Shown: positions 40,096 to 54,861 of the stretch, in pieces
Layout of the letters: each line of letters starts with the position of its first letter
Numbering within the stretch: position 1 is the stretch's first letter
From: Eledone cirrhosa
Lineage: Eukaryota
Assembly: GCA_964016885.1 (NCBI GenBank)
Contig: OZ024741.1
Span: 244,652,001 to 244,716,000, forward strand
Direction: 5' to 3'
Length of the DNA: 64,000 nt
Position numbers and translations under genes: made by a program
Notes under the pieces: generated by a model
The model's input: the letters and a program-made list of their open reading frames with translations, nothing else
What the model was told of the DNA's origin: nothing
The model's database searches: none

Positions 40096-43000
40096 TCACG
40101 CCACACATACCCAATGAGTGTCTGCACATGTACCAGTAATTACAGATCGATCCGCCCACGGGTGGCCGGCCCACGATCTAAAATGTAACTCCGCCGGCAA
40201 ATCCGCATTTTTGTGATTAGTTTCTTCGAAGCACACCATTCGCCGCCGGACTTGAGCTTCCTCATTTAGCATGGGCAGCTTTTCTTGAAAATCACACCAC
40301 ACTCAGCAAATGTGTGTCTGCACATGTACCAGTAATTACAGATCGATCGGACCACGGGCAGCCGGTTTGCGATTGAAAAGGTAACTCCGCCGGCAAATCG
40401 TCATTTTTGGATTCGTTTTCTTCGAAGCACACCATTCGCCGCCGGACTTCAGCTTCCTCATTTAGCATGGGCAGCTTTTCTTGCAAATCACACTACACAC
40501 AGCAAATCTGTGTCTGCACATGTACCAGTAACTACAGATCGATCCGACCACGGGCGGCCGGCCCGCGATTGAAAAGGTAACTCCGCCAGCAAATCGTCAT
40601 TTTTTGATTCGTTTTCTTCGAAGCACACCATTCGCCGCCGGACTTTGTTGACGTTTAACACGGTTTGGTTCCACAGCCACAACTATTGATTTTACGGTGA
40701 TATCTTGCTGAAATTCACGCCACACATAGCCAATGAGTGTCTGCCCATGTACCAGTAATTACAGATCGATCGGACCACGGGCGGCCGGTTTGCGATTGAA
40801 AAGGTAACTCCGCCGGCAAATCGTCATTTTTGGATTCGTTTTCTTCGAAGCACACCATTCGCCGGCGGACTTTGTTGACGTTTAACACGGTTTGGTTCCA
40901 CAGCCACAACTATTGATTTTACGGAGATATCTTGCTGAAATTCACGCCACACATAGCCAATGATTGTCTGCACATGTACCAGTAATTACAGATCGATCCG
41001 ACCACGGGTGGCCGGCCCGCGATTGAAAAGGTAACTCCGCCAGCAAATCGTCATTTTTGGATTCGTTTTCTTCGAAGCACACCATTCGCCGGCGGACTTT
41101 GTTGACGTTTAACACGGTTTGGTTCCACAGCCACAACTATTGATTTTACGGAGATATCTTGCTGAAATTCACGCCACACATACCCAATGAGTGTCTGCAC
41201 ATGTACCAGTAATTACAGATCGATCCGCCCACGGGTGGCCGGCCCACGATCTAAAATGTAACTCCGCCGGCAAATCCGCATTTTTGTGATTAGTTTCTTC
41301 GAAGCACACCATTCGCCGCCGGACTTGAGCTTCCTCATTTAGCATGGGCAGCTTTTCTTGAAAATCACACCACACTCAGCAAATGTGTGTCTGCACATGT
41401 ACCAGTAATTACAGATCGATCGGACCACGGGCGGCCGGTTTGCGATTGAAAAGGTAACTCCGCCGGCAAATCGTCATTTTTGGATTCGTTTTCTTCGAAG
41501 CACACCATTCGCCGCCGGACTTCAGCTTCCTCATTTAGCATGGGCAGCTTTTCTTGCAAATCACACTACACACAGCAAATCTGTGTCTGAACATGTACCA
41601 GTAACTACAGATCGATCCGACCACGGGCGGCCGGCCCGCGATTGAAAAGGTAACTCCGCCAGCAAATCGTCATTTTTTGATTCGTTTTCTTCGAAGCACA
41701 CCATTCGCCGCCGGACTTTGTTGACGTTTAACACGGTTTGGTTCCACAGCCACAACTATTGATTTTACGGTGATATCTTGCTGAAATTCACGCCACACAT
41801 AGCCAATGAGTGTCTGCACATGTACCAGTAATTACAGATCGATCCGACCACGGGCGGCCGGTTTGCGATTGAAAAGGTAACTCCGCCGGCAAATCGTCAT
41901 TTTTGGATTCGTTTTCTTCGAAGCACACCATTCGCCGCCGGACTTTGTTGACGTTTAACACGGTTTGGTTCCACAGCCACAACTATTGATTTTACGGAGA
42001 TATCTTGCTGAAATTCACGCCACACATAGCCAATGATTGTCTGCACATGTACCAGTAATTACAGATCGATCCGACCACGGGTGGCCGGCCCGCGATTGAA
42101 AAGGTAACTCCGCCAGCAAATCGTCATTTTTGGATTCGTTTTCTTCGAAGCACACCATTCGCCGGCGGACTTTGTTGACGTTTAACACGGTTTGGTTCCA
42201 CAGCCACAACTATTGATTTTACGGAGATATCTTGCTGAAATTCACGCCACACATACCCAATGAGTGTCTGCACATGTACCAGTAATTACAGATCGATCCG
42301 CCCACGGGTGGCCGGCCCACGATCTAAAATGTAACTCCGCCGGCAAATCCGCATTTTTGTGATTAGTTTCTTCGAAGCACACCATTCGCCGCCGGACTTG
42401 AGCTTCCTCATTTAGCATGGGCAGCTTTTCTTGAAAATCACACCACACTCAGCAAATGTGTGTCTGCACATGTACCAGTAATTACAGATCGATCGGACCA
42501 CGGGCGGCCGGCTCACGATCGAAAAGGTAACTCCGCCGGCAAATCCGCATTTTTGTGATTCGTTTCTTCGAAGCACACCATTCGCCGCCGGACTTGAGCT
42601 TCCTCATTTAGCATGGGCAGCTTTTCTTGAAAATCACACCACACTCAGCAAATGTGTGTCTGCACATGTACCAGTAATTACAGATCGATCGGACCACGGG
42701 CAGCCGGTTTGCGATTGAAAAGGTAACTCCGCCGGCAAATCGTCATTTTTGGATTCGTTTTCTTCGAAGCACACCATTCGCCGCCGGACTTCAGCTTCCT
42801 CATTTAGCATGGGCAGCTTTTCTTGCAAATCACACTACACACAGCAAATCTGTGTCTGCACATGTACCAGTAACTACAGATCGATCCGACCACGGGCGGC
42901 CGGCCCGCGATTGAAAAGGTAACTCCGCCAGCAAATCGTCATTTTTTTATTCGTTTTCTTCGAAGCACACCATTCGCCGGCGGACTTTGTTGACGTTTAA

Positions 43001-46000
43001 CACGGTTTGGTTCCACAGCCACAACTATTGATTTTACGGAGATATCTTGCTGAAATTCACGCCACACATACCAAATGAGTGTCTGCACATGTACCAGTAA
43101 TTACAGATCGATCCGCCCACGGGTGGCCGGCCCACGATCTAAAATGTAACTCCGCCGGCAAATCCGCATTTTTGTGATTAGTTTCTTCGAAGCACACCAT
43201 TCGCCGCCGGACTTGAGCTTCCTCATTTAGCATGGGCAGCTTTTCTTGAAAATCACACCACACTCAGCAAATGTGCGTCTGCACATGTACCAGTAATTAC
43301 AGATCGATCGGACCACGGGCGGCCGGCTCACGATCGAAAAGGTAACTCCGCCGGCAAATCCGCATTTTTGTGATTCGTTTCTTCGAAGCACACCATTCGC
43401 CGCCGGACTTCAGCTTCCTCATTTAGCATGGGCAGCTTTTCTTGCAAATCACACTACACACAGCAAATCTGTGTCTGCACATGTACCAGTAACTACAGAT
43501 CGATCCGACCACGGGCGGCCGGCCCGGGATTGAAAAGGTAGCTCCGCCAGCAAATCGTCATTTTTTGATTCGTTTTCTTCGAAGCACACCATTCGCCGGC
43601 GGACTTTGTTGACGTTTAACACGGTTTGGTTCCACAGCCACAACTATTGATTTTACGGAGATATCTTGCTGAAATTCACGCCACACATACCCAATGAGTG
43701 TCTGCACATGTACCAGTAATTACAGATCGATCCGCCCACGGGTGGCCGGCCCACGATCTAAAATGTAACTCCGCCGGCAAATCCGCATTTTTGTGATTAG
43801 TTTCTTCGAAGCACACCATTCGCCGCCGGACTTGAGCTTCCTCATTTAGCATGGGCAGCTTTTCTTGAAAATCACACCACACTCAGCAAATGTGTGTCTG
43901 CACATGTACCAGTAATTACAAATCGATCGGACCACGGGCGGCCGGTTTGCGATTAAAAAGGTAACTCCGCCGGCAAATCGGCATTTTTGGATTCGTTTTC
44001 TTCGAAGCACACCATTCGCCGCCGGACTTCAGCTTCCTCATTTAGCATGGGCAGCTTTTCTTGCAAATCACACTACACACAGCAAATCTGTGTCTGCACA
44101 TGTACCAGTAACTACAGATCGATCCGACCACGGGCGGCCGGCCCGCGATTGAAAAGGTAACTCCGCCAGCAAATCGTCATTTTTTGATTCGTTTTCTTCG
44201 AAGCACACCATTCGCCGCCGGACTTTGTTGACGTTTAACACGGTTTGGTTCCACAGCCACAACTATTGATTTTACGGAGATATCTTGCTGAAATTCACGC
44301 CACACATAGCCAATGATTGTCTGCACATGTACCAGTAATTACAGATCGATCCGACCACGGGTGGCCGGCCCGCGATTGAAAAGGTAACTCCGCCAGCAAA
44401 TCGTCATTTTTGGATTCGTTTTCTTCGAAGCACACCATTCGCCGGCGGACTTTGTTGACGTTTAACACGGTTTGGTTCCACAGCCACAACTATTGATTTT
44501 ACGGAGATATCTTGCTGAAATTCACGCCACACATACCCAATGAGTGTCTGCACATGTACCAGTAATTACAGATCGATCCGCCCACGGGTGGCCGGCCCAC
44601 AATCTAAAATGTAACTCCGCCGGCAAATCCGCATTTTTGTGATTAGTTTCTTCGAAGCACACCATTCGCCGCCGGACTTGAGCTTCCTCATTTAGCATGG
44701 GCAGCTTTTCTTGAAAATCACACCACACTCAGCAAATGTGCGTCTGCACATGTACCAGTAATTACAGATCGATCGGACCACGGGCGGCCGGCTCACGATC
44801 GAAAAGGTAACTCCGCCGGCAAATCCGCATTTTTGTGATTCGTTTCTTCGAAGCACACCATTCGCCGCCGGACTTCAGCTTCCTCATTTAGCATGGGCAG
44901 CTTTTCTTGCAAATCACACTACACACAGCAAATCTGTGTCTGCACATGTACCAGTAACTACAGATCGATCCGACCACGGGCGGCCGGCCCGCGATTGAAA
45001 AGGTAGCTCCGCCAGCAAATCGTCATTTTTTGATTCGTTTTCTTCGAAGCACACCATTCGCCGGCGGACTTTGTTGACGTTTAACACGGTTTGGTTCCAC
45101 AGCCACAACTATTGATTTTACGGAGATATCTTGCTGAAATTCACGCCACACATAGCCAATGATTGTCTGCACATGTACCAGTAATTACAGATCGATCCGA
45201 CCACGGGTGGCCGGCCCGCGATTGAAAAGGTAACTCCGCCAGCAAATCGTCATTTTTGGATTCGTTTTCTTCGAAGCACACCATTCGCCGGCGGACTTTG
45301 TTGACGTTTAACACGGTTTGGTTCCACAGCCACAACTATTGATTTTACGGAGATATCTTGCTGAAATTCACGCCACACATAGCCAATGATTGTCTGCACA
45401 TGTACCAGTAATTACAGATCGATCCGACCACGGGTGGCCGGCCCGCGATTGAAAAGGTAACTCCGCCAGCAAATCGTCATTTTTGGATTCGTTTTCTTCG
45501 AAGCACACCATTCGCCGGCGGACTTTGTTGACGTTTAACACGGTTTGGTTCCACAGCCACAACTATTGATTTTACGGAGATATCTTGCTGAAATTCACGC
45601 CACACATACCCAATGAGTGTCTGCACATGTACCAGTAATTACAGATCGATCCGCCCACGGGTGGCCGGCCCACGATCTAAAATGTAACTCCGCCGGCAAA
45701 TCCGCATTTTTGTGATTAGTTTCTTCGAAGCACACCATTCGCCGCCGGACTTGAGCTTCCTCATTTAGCATGGGCAGCTTTTCTTGAAAATCACACCACA
45801 CTCAGCAAATGTGTGTCTGCACATGTACCAGTAATTACAAATCGATCGGACCACGGGCGGCCGGTTTGCGATTAAAAAGGTAACTCCGCCGGCAAATCGG
45901 CATTTTTGGATTCGTTTTCTTCGAAGCACACCATTCGCCGCCGGACTTCAGCTTCCTCATTTAGCATGGGCAGCTTTTCTTGCAAATCACACTACACACA

Positions 46001-49000
46001 GCAAATCTGTGTCTGCACATGTACCAGTAACTACAGATCGATCCGACCACGGGCGGCCGGCCCGCGATTGAAAAGGTAACTCCGCCAGCAAATCGTCATT
46101 TTTTGATTCGTTTTCTTCGAAGCACACCATTCGCCGCCGGACTTTGTTGACGTTTAACACGGTTTGGTTCCACAGCCACAACTATTGATTTTACGGAGAT
46201 ATCTTGCTGAAATTCACGCCACACATAGCCAATGATTGTCTGCACATGTACCAGTAATTACAGATCGATCCGACCACGGGTGGCCGGCCCGCGATTGAAA
46301 AGGTAACTCCGCCAGCAAATCGTCATTTTTGGATTCGTTTTCTTCGAAGCACACCATTCGCCGGCGGACTTGAGCTTCCTCATTTAGCATGGGCAGCTTT
46401 TCTTGAAAATCACACCACACTCAGCAAATGTGTGTCTGCACATGTACCAGTAATTACAGATCGATCGGACCACGGGCGGCCGGCTCACGATCGAAAAGGT
46501 AACTCCGCCGGCAAATCCGCATTTTTGTGATTCGTTTCTTCGAAGCACACCATTCGCCGCCGGACTTCAGCTTCCTCATTTAGCATGGGCAGCTTTTCTT
46601 GCAAATCACACTACACACAGCAAATCTGTGTCTGCACATGTACCAGTAACTACAGATCGATCCGACCACGGGCGGCCGGCCCGCGATTGAAAAGGTAACT
46701 CCGCCAGCAAATCGTCATTTTTTGATTCGTTTTCTTCGAAGCACACCATTCGCCGCCGGACTTTGTTGACGTTTAACACGGTTTGGTTCCACAGCCACAA
46801 CTATTGATTTTACGGTGATATCTTGCTGAAATTCACGCCACACATAGCCAATGAGTGTCTGCACATGTACCAGTAATTACAGATCGATCCGACCACGGGC
46901 GGCCGGTTTGCGATTGAAAAGGTAACTCCGCCGGCAAATCGTCATTTTTGGATTCGTTTTCTTCGAAGCACACCATTCGCCGGCGGACTTTGTTGACGTT
47001 TAACACGGTTTGGTTCCACAGCCACAACTATTGATTTTACGGAGATATCTTGCTGAAATTCACGCCACACATAGCCAATGATTGTCTGCACATGTACCAG
47101 TAATTACAGATCGATCCGACCACGGGTGGCCGGCCCGCGATTGAAAAGGTAACTCCGCCAGCAAATCGTCATTTTTGGATTCGTTTTCTTCGAAGCACAC
47201 CATTCGCCGGCGGACTTTGTTGACGTTTAACACGGTTTGGTTCCACAGCCACAACTATTGATTTTACGGAGATATCTTGCTGAAATTCACGCCACACATA
47301 CCCAATGAGTGTCTGCACATGTACCAGTAATTACAGATCGATCCGCCCACGGGTGGCCGGCCCACGATCTAAAATGTAACTCCGCCGGCAAATCCGCATT
47401 TTTGTGATTAGTTTCTTCGAAGCACACCATTCGCCGCCGGACTTGAGCTTCCTCATTTAGCATGGGCAGCTTTTCTTGAAAATCACACCACACTCAGCAA
47501 ATGTGTGTCTGCACATGTACCAGTAATTACAGATCGATCGGACCACGGGCAGCCGGTTTGCGATTGAAAAGGTAACTCCGCCGGCAAATCGTCATTTTTG
47601 GATTCGTTTTCTTCGAAGCACACCATTCGCCGCCGGACTTCAGCTTCCTCATTTAGCATGGGCAGCTTTTCTTGCAAATCACACTACACACAGCAAATCT
47701 GTGTCTGCACATGTACCAGTAACTACAGATCGATCCGACCACGGGCGGCCGGCCCGCGATTGAAAAGGTAACTCCGCCAGCAAATCGTCATTTTTTGATT
47801 CGTTTTCTTCGAAGCACACCATTCGCCGCCGGACTTTGTTGACGTTTAACACGGTTTGGTTCCACAGCCACAACTATTGATTTTACGGTGATATCTTGCT
47901 GAAATTCACGCCACACATAGCCAATGAGTATCTGCCCATGTACCAGTAATTACAGATCGATCGGACCACGGGCGGCCGGTTTGCGATTGAAAAGGTAACT
48001 CCGCCGGCAAATCGTCATTTTTGGATTCGTTTTCTTCGAAGCACACCATTCGCCGGCGGACTTTGTTGACGTTTAACACGGTTTGGTTCCACAGCCACAA
48101 CTATTGATTTTACGGAGATATCTTGCTGAAATTCACGCCACACATAGCCAATGATTGTCTGCACATGTACCAGTAATTACAGATCGATCCGACCACGGGT
48201 GGCCGGCCCGCGATTGAAAAGGTAACTCCGCCAGCAAATCGTCATTTTTGGATTCGTTTTCTTCGAAGCACACCATTCGCCGGCGGACTTTGTTGACGTT
48301 TAACACGGTTTGGTTCCACAGCCACAACTATTGATTTTACGGAGATATCTTGCTGAAATTCACGCCACACATACCCAATGAGTGTCTGCACATGTACCAG
48401 TAATTACAGATCGATCCGCCCACGGGTGGCCGGCCCACGATCTAAAATGTAACTCCGCCGGCAAATCCGCATTTTTGTGATTAGTTTCTTCGAAGCACAC
48501 CATTCGCCGCCGGACTTGAGCTTCCTCATTTAGCATGGGCAGCTTTTCTTGAAAATCACACCACACTCAGCAAATGTGTGTCTGCACATGTACCAGTAAT
48601 TACAGATCGATCGGACCACGGGCGGCCGGTTTGCGATTGAAAAGGTAACTCCGCCGGCAAATCGTCATTTTTGGATTCGTTTTCTTCGAAGCACACCATT
48701 CGCCGCCGGACTTCAGCTTCCTCATTTAGCATGGGCAGCTTTTCTTGCAAATCACACTACACACAGCAAATCTGTGTCTGAACATGTACCAGTAACTACA
48801 GATCGATCCGACCACGGGCGGCCGGCCCGCGATTGAAAAGGTAACTCCGCCAGCAAATCGTCATTTTTTGATTCGTTTTCTTCGAAGCACACCATTCGCC
48901 GCCGGACTTTGTTGACGTTTAACACGGTTTGGTTCCACAGCCACAACTATTGATTTTACGGTGATATCTTGCTGAAATTCACGCCACACATAGCCAATGA

Positions 49001-52000
49001 GTGTCTGCACATGTACCAGTAATTACAGATCGATCGGACCACGGGCGGCCGGTTTGCGATTGAAAAGGTAACTCCGCCGGCAAATCGTCATTTTTGGATT
49101 CGTTTTCTTCGAAGCACACCATTCGCCGGCGGACTTTGTTGACGTTTAACACGGTTTGGTTCCACAGCCACAACTATTGATTTTACGGAGATATCTTGCT
49201 GAAATTCACGCCACACATAGCCAATGATTGTCTGCACATGTACCAGTAATTACAGATCGATCCGACCACGGGTGGCCGGCCCGCGATTGAAAAGGTAACT
49301 CCGCCAGCAAATCGTCATTTTTGGATTCGTTTTCTTCGAAGCACACCATTCGCCGGCGGACTTTGTTGACGTTTAACACGGTTTGGTTCCACAGCCACAA
49401 CTATTGATTTTACGGAGATATCTTGCTGAAATTCACGCCACACATACCCAATGAGTGTCTGCACATGTACCAGTAATTACAGATCGATCCGCCCACGGGT
49501 GGCCGGCCCACGATCTAAAATGTAACTCCGCCGGCAAATCCGCATTTTTGTGATTAGTTTCTTCGAAGCACACCATTCGCCGCCGGACTTGAGCTTCCTC
49601 ATTTAGCATGGGCAGCTTTTCTTGAAAATCACACCACACTCAGCAAATGTGTGTCTGCACATGTACCAGTAATTACAGATCGATCGGACCACGGGCGGCC
49701 GGTTTGCGATTGAAAAGGTAACTCCGCCGGCAAATCGTCATTTTTGGATTCGTTTTCTTCGAAGCACACCATTCGCCGCCGGACTTCAGCTTCCTCATTT
49801 AGCATGGGCAGCTTTTCTTGCAAATCACACTACACACAGCAAATCTGTGTCTGAACATGTACCAGTAACTACAGATCGATCCGACCACGGGCGGCCGGCC
49901 CGCGATTGAAAAGGTAACTCCGCCAGCAAATCGTCATTTTTTGATTCGTTTTCTTCGAAGCACACCATTCGCCGCCGGACTTTGTTGACGTTTAACACGG
50001 TTTGGTTCCACAGCCACAACTATTGATTTTACGGTGATATCTTGCTGAAATTCACGCCACACATAGCCAATGAGTGTCTGCACATGTACCAGTAATTACA
50101 GATCGATCCGACCACGGGCGGCCGGTTTGCGATTGAAAAGGTAACTCCGCCGGCAAATCGTCATTTTTGGATTCGTTTTCTTCGAAGCACACCATTCGCC
50201 GCCGGACTTTGTTGACGTTTAACACGGTTTGGTTCCACAGCCACAACTATTGATTTTACGGAGATATCTTGCTGAAATTCACGCCACACATAGCCAATGA
50301 TTGTCTGCACATGTACCAGTAATTACAGATCGATCCGACCACGGGTGGCCGGCCCGCGATTGAAAAGGTAACTCCGCCAGCAAATCGTCATTTTTGGATT
50401 CGTTTTCTTCGAAGCACACCATTCGCCGGCGGACTTTGTTGACGTTTAACACGGTTTGGTTCCACAGCCACAACTATTGATTTTACGGAGATATCTTGCT
50501 GAAATTCACGCCACACATACCCAATGAGTGTCTGCACATGTACCAGTAATTACAGATCGATCCGCCCACGGGTGGCCGGCCCACGATCTAAAATGTAACT
50601 CCGCCGGCAAATCCGCATTTTTGTGATTAGTTTCTTCGAAGCACACCATTCGCCGCCGGACTTGAGCTTCCTCATTTAGCATGGGCAGCTTTTCTTGAAA
50701 ATCACACCACACTCAGCAAATGTGTGTCTGCACATGTACCAGTAATTACAGATCGATCGGACCACGGGCGGCCGGCTCACGATCGAAAAGGTAACTCCGC
50801 CGGCAAATCCGCATTTTTGTGATTCGTTTCTTCGAAGCACACCATTCGCCGCCGGACTTGAGCTTCCTCATTTAGCATGGGCAGCTTTTCTTGAAAATCA
50901 CACCACACTCAGCAAATGTGTGTCTGCACATGTACCAGTAATTACAGATCGATCGGACCACGGGCAGCCGGTTTGCGATTGAAAAGGTAACTCCGCCGGC
51001 AAATCGTCATTTTTGGATTCGTTTTCTTCGAAGCACACCATTCGCCGCCGGACTTCAGCTTCCTCATTTAGCATGGGCAGCTTTTCTTGCAAATCACACT
51101 ACACACAGCAAATCTGTGTCTGCACATGTACCAGTAACTACAGATCGATCCGACCACGGGCGGCCGGCCCGCGATTGAAAAGGTAACTCCGCCAGCAAAT
51201 CGTCATTTTTTTATTCGTTTTCTTCGAAGCACACCATTCGCCGGCGGACTTTGTTGACGTTTAACACGGTTTGGTTCCACAGCCACAACTATTGATTTTA
51301 CGGAGATATCTTGCTGAAATTCACGCCACACATACCAAATGAGTGTCTGCACATGTACCAGTAATTACAGATCGATCCGCCCACGGGTGGCCGGCCCACG
51401 ATCTAAAATGTAACTCCGCCGGCAAATCCGCATTTTTGTGATTAGTTTCTTCGAAGCACACCATTCGCCGCCGGACTTGAGCTTCCTCATTTAGCATGGG
51501 CAGCTTTTCTTGAAAATCACACCACACTCAGCAAATGTGCGTCTGCACATGTACCAGTAATTACAGATCGATCGGACCACGGGCGGCCGGCTCACGATCG
51601 AAAAGGTAACTCCGCCGGCAAATCCGCATTTTTGTGATTCGTTTCTTCGAAGCACACCATTCGCCGCCGGACTTCAGCTTCCTCATTTAGCATGGGCAGC
51701 TTTTCTTGCAAATCACACTACACACAGCAAATCTGTGTCTGCACATGTACCAGTAACTACAGATCGATCCGACCACGGGCGGCCGGCCCGGGATTGAAAA
51801 GGTAGCTCCGCCAGCAAATCGTCATTTTTTGATTCGTTTTCTTCGAAGCACACCATTCGCCGGCGGACTTTGTTGACGTTTAACACGGTTTGGTTCCACA
51901 GCCACAACTATTGATTTTACGGAGATATCTTGCTGAAATTCACGCCACACATAGCCAATGATTGTCTGCACATGTACCAGTAATTACAGATCGATCCGAC

Positions 52001-54861
52001 CACGGGTGGCCGGCCCGCGATTGAAAAGGTAACTCCGCCAGCAAATCGTCATTTTTGGATTCGTTTTCTTCGAAGCACACCATTCGCCGGCGGACTTTGT
52101 TGACGTTTAACACGGTTTGGTTCCACAGCCACAACTATTGATTTTACGGAGATATCTTGCTGAAATTCACGCCACACATACCCAATGAGTGTCTGCACAT
52201 GTACCAGTAATTACAGATCGATCCGCCCACGGGTGGCCGGCCCACGATCTAAAATGTAACTCCGCCGGCAAATCCGCATTTTTGTGATTAGTTTCTTCGA
52301 AGCACACCATTCGCCGCCGGACTTGAGCTTCCTCATTTAGCATGGGCAGCTTTTCTTGAAAATCACACCACACTCAGCAAATGTGTGTCTGCACATGTAC
52401 CAGTAATTACAAATCGATCGGACCACGGGCGGCCGGTTTGCGATTAAAAAGGTAACTCCGCCGGCAAATCGGCATTTTTGGATTCGTTTTCTTCGAAGCA
52501 CACCATTCGCCGCCGGACTTCAGCTTCCTCATTTAGCATGGGCAGCTTTTCTTGCAAATCACACTACACACAGCAAATCTGTGTCTGCACATGTACCAGT
52601 AACTACAGATCGATCCGACCACGGGCGGCCGGCCCGCGATTGAAAAGGTAACTCCGCCAGCAAATCGTCATTTTTTGATTCGTTTTCTTCGAAGCACACC
52701 ATTCGCCGCCGGACTTTGTTGACGTTTAACACGGTTTGGTTCCACAGCCACAACTATTGATTTTACGGAGATATCTTGCTGAAATTCACGCCACACATAG
52801 CCAATGATTGTCTGCACATGTACCAGTAATTACAGATCGATCCGACCACGGGTGGCCGGCCCGCGATTGAAAAGGTAACTCCGCCAGCAAATCGTCATTT
52901 TTGGATTCGTTTTCTTCGAAGCACACCATTCGCCGGCGGACTTTGTTGACGTTTAACACGGTTTGGTTCCACAGCCACAACTATTGATTTTACGGAGATA
53001 TCTTGCTGAAATTCACGCCACACATACCCAATGAGTGTCTGCACATGTACCAGTAATTACAGATCGATCCGCCCACGGGTGGCCGGCCCACAATCTAAAA
53101 TGTAACTCCGCCGGCAAATCCGCATTTTTGTGATTAGTTTCTTCGAAGCACACCATTCGCCGCCGGACTTGAGCTTCCTCATTTAGCATGGGCAGCTTTT
53201 CTTGAAAATCACACCACACTCAGCAAATGTGCGTCTGCACATGTACCAGTAATTACAGATCGATCGGACCACGGGCGGCCGGCTCACGATCGAAAAGGTA
53301 ACTCCGCCGGCAAATCCGCATTTTTGTGATTCGTTTCTTCGAAGCACACCATTCGCCGCCGGACTTCAGCTTCCTCATTTAGCATGGGCAGCTTTTCTTG
53401 CAAATCACACTACACACAGCAAATCTGTGTCTGCACATGTACCAGTAACTACAGATCGATCCGACCACGGGCGGCCGGCCCGCGATTGAAAAGGTAGCTC
53501 CGCCAGCAAATCGTCATTTTTTGATTCGTTTTCTTCGAAGCACACCATTCGCCGGCGGACTTTGTTGACGTTTAACACGGTTTGGTTCCACAGCCACAAC
53601 TATTGATTTTACGGAGATATCTTGCTGAAATTCACGCCACACATAGCCAATGATTGTCTGCACATGTACCAGTAATTACAGATCGATCCGACCACGGGTG
53701 GCCGGCCCGCGATTGAAAAGGTAACTCCGCCAGCAAATCGTCATTTTTGGATTCGTTTTCTTCGAAGCACACCATTCGCCGGCGGACTTTGTTGACGTTT
53801 AACACGGTTTGGTTCCACAGCCACAACTATTGATTTTACGGAGATATCTTGCTGAAATTCACGCCACACATAGCCAATGATTGTCTGCACATGTACCAGT
53901 AATTACAGATCGATCCGACCACGGGTGGCCGGCCCGCGATTGAAAAGGTAACTCCGCCAGCAAATCGTCATTTTTGGATTCGTTTTCTTCGAAGCACACC
54001 ATTCGCCGGCGGACTTTGTTGACGTTTAACACGGTTTGGTTCCACAGCCACAACTATTGATTTTACGGAGATATCTTGCTGAAATTCACGCCACACATAC
54101 CCAATGAGTGTCTGCACATGTACCAGTAATTACAGATCGATCCGCCCACGGGTGGCCGGCCCACGATCTAAAATGTAACTCCGCCGGCAAATCCGCATTT
54201 TTGTGATTAGTTTCTTCGAAGCACACCATTCGCCGCCGGACTTGAGCTTCCTCATTTAGCATGGGCAGCTTTTCTTGAAAATCACACCACACTCAGCAAA
54301 TGTGTGTCTGCACATGTACCAGTAATTACAAATCGATCGGACCACGGGCGGCCGGTTTGCGATTAAAAAGGTAACTCCGCCGGCAAATCGGCATTTTTGG
54401 ATTCGTTTTCTTCGAAGCACACCATTCGCCGCCGGACTTCAGCTTCCTCATTTAGCATGGGCAGCTTTTCTTGCAAATCACACTACACACAGCAAATCTG
54501 TGTCTGCACATGTACCAGTAACTACAGATCGATCCGACCACGGGCGGCCGGCCCGCGATTGAAAAGGTAACTCCGCCAGCAAATCGTCATTTTTTGATTC
54601 GTTTTCTTCGAAGCACACCATTCGCCGCCGGACTTTGTTGACGTTTAACACGGTTTGGTTCCACAGCCACAACTATTGATTTTACGGAGATATCTTGCTG
54701 AAATTCACGCCACACATAGCCAATGATTGTCTGCACATGTACCAGTAATTACAGATCGATCCGACCACGGGTGGCCGGCCCGCGATTGAAAAGGTAACTC
54801 CGCCAGCAAATCGTCATTTTTGGATTCGTTTTCTTCGAAGCACACCATTCGCCGGCGGACT
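39180..54861 (+). repeat. Large tandem duplication: copy 1 about 39180-46370 (7191 bp), copy 2 about 46371-54861 (8491 bp)
   Basis: Private-variant monomers pair at 40292/47483, 40715/47906 and 41561/48752 (offset 7191); 42634/50898 and 43057/51321 (8264); 44522/53013 (8491). Confidence 0.88.
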
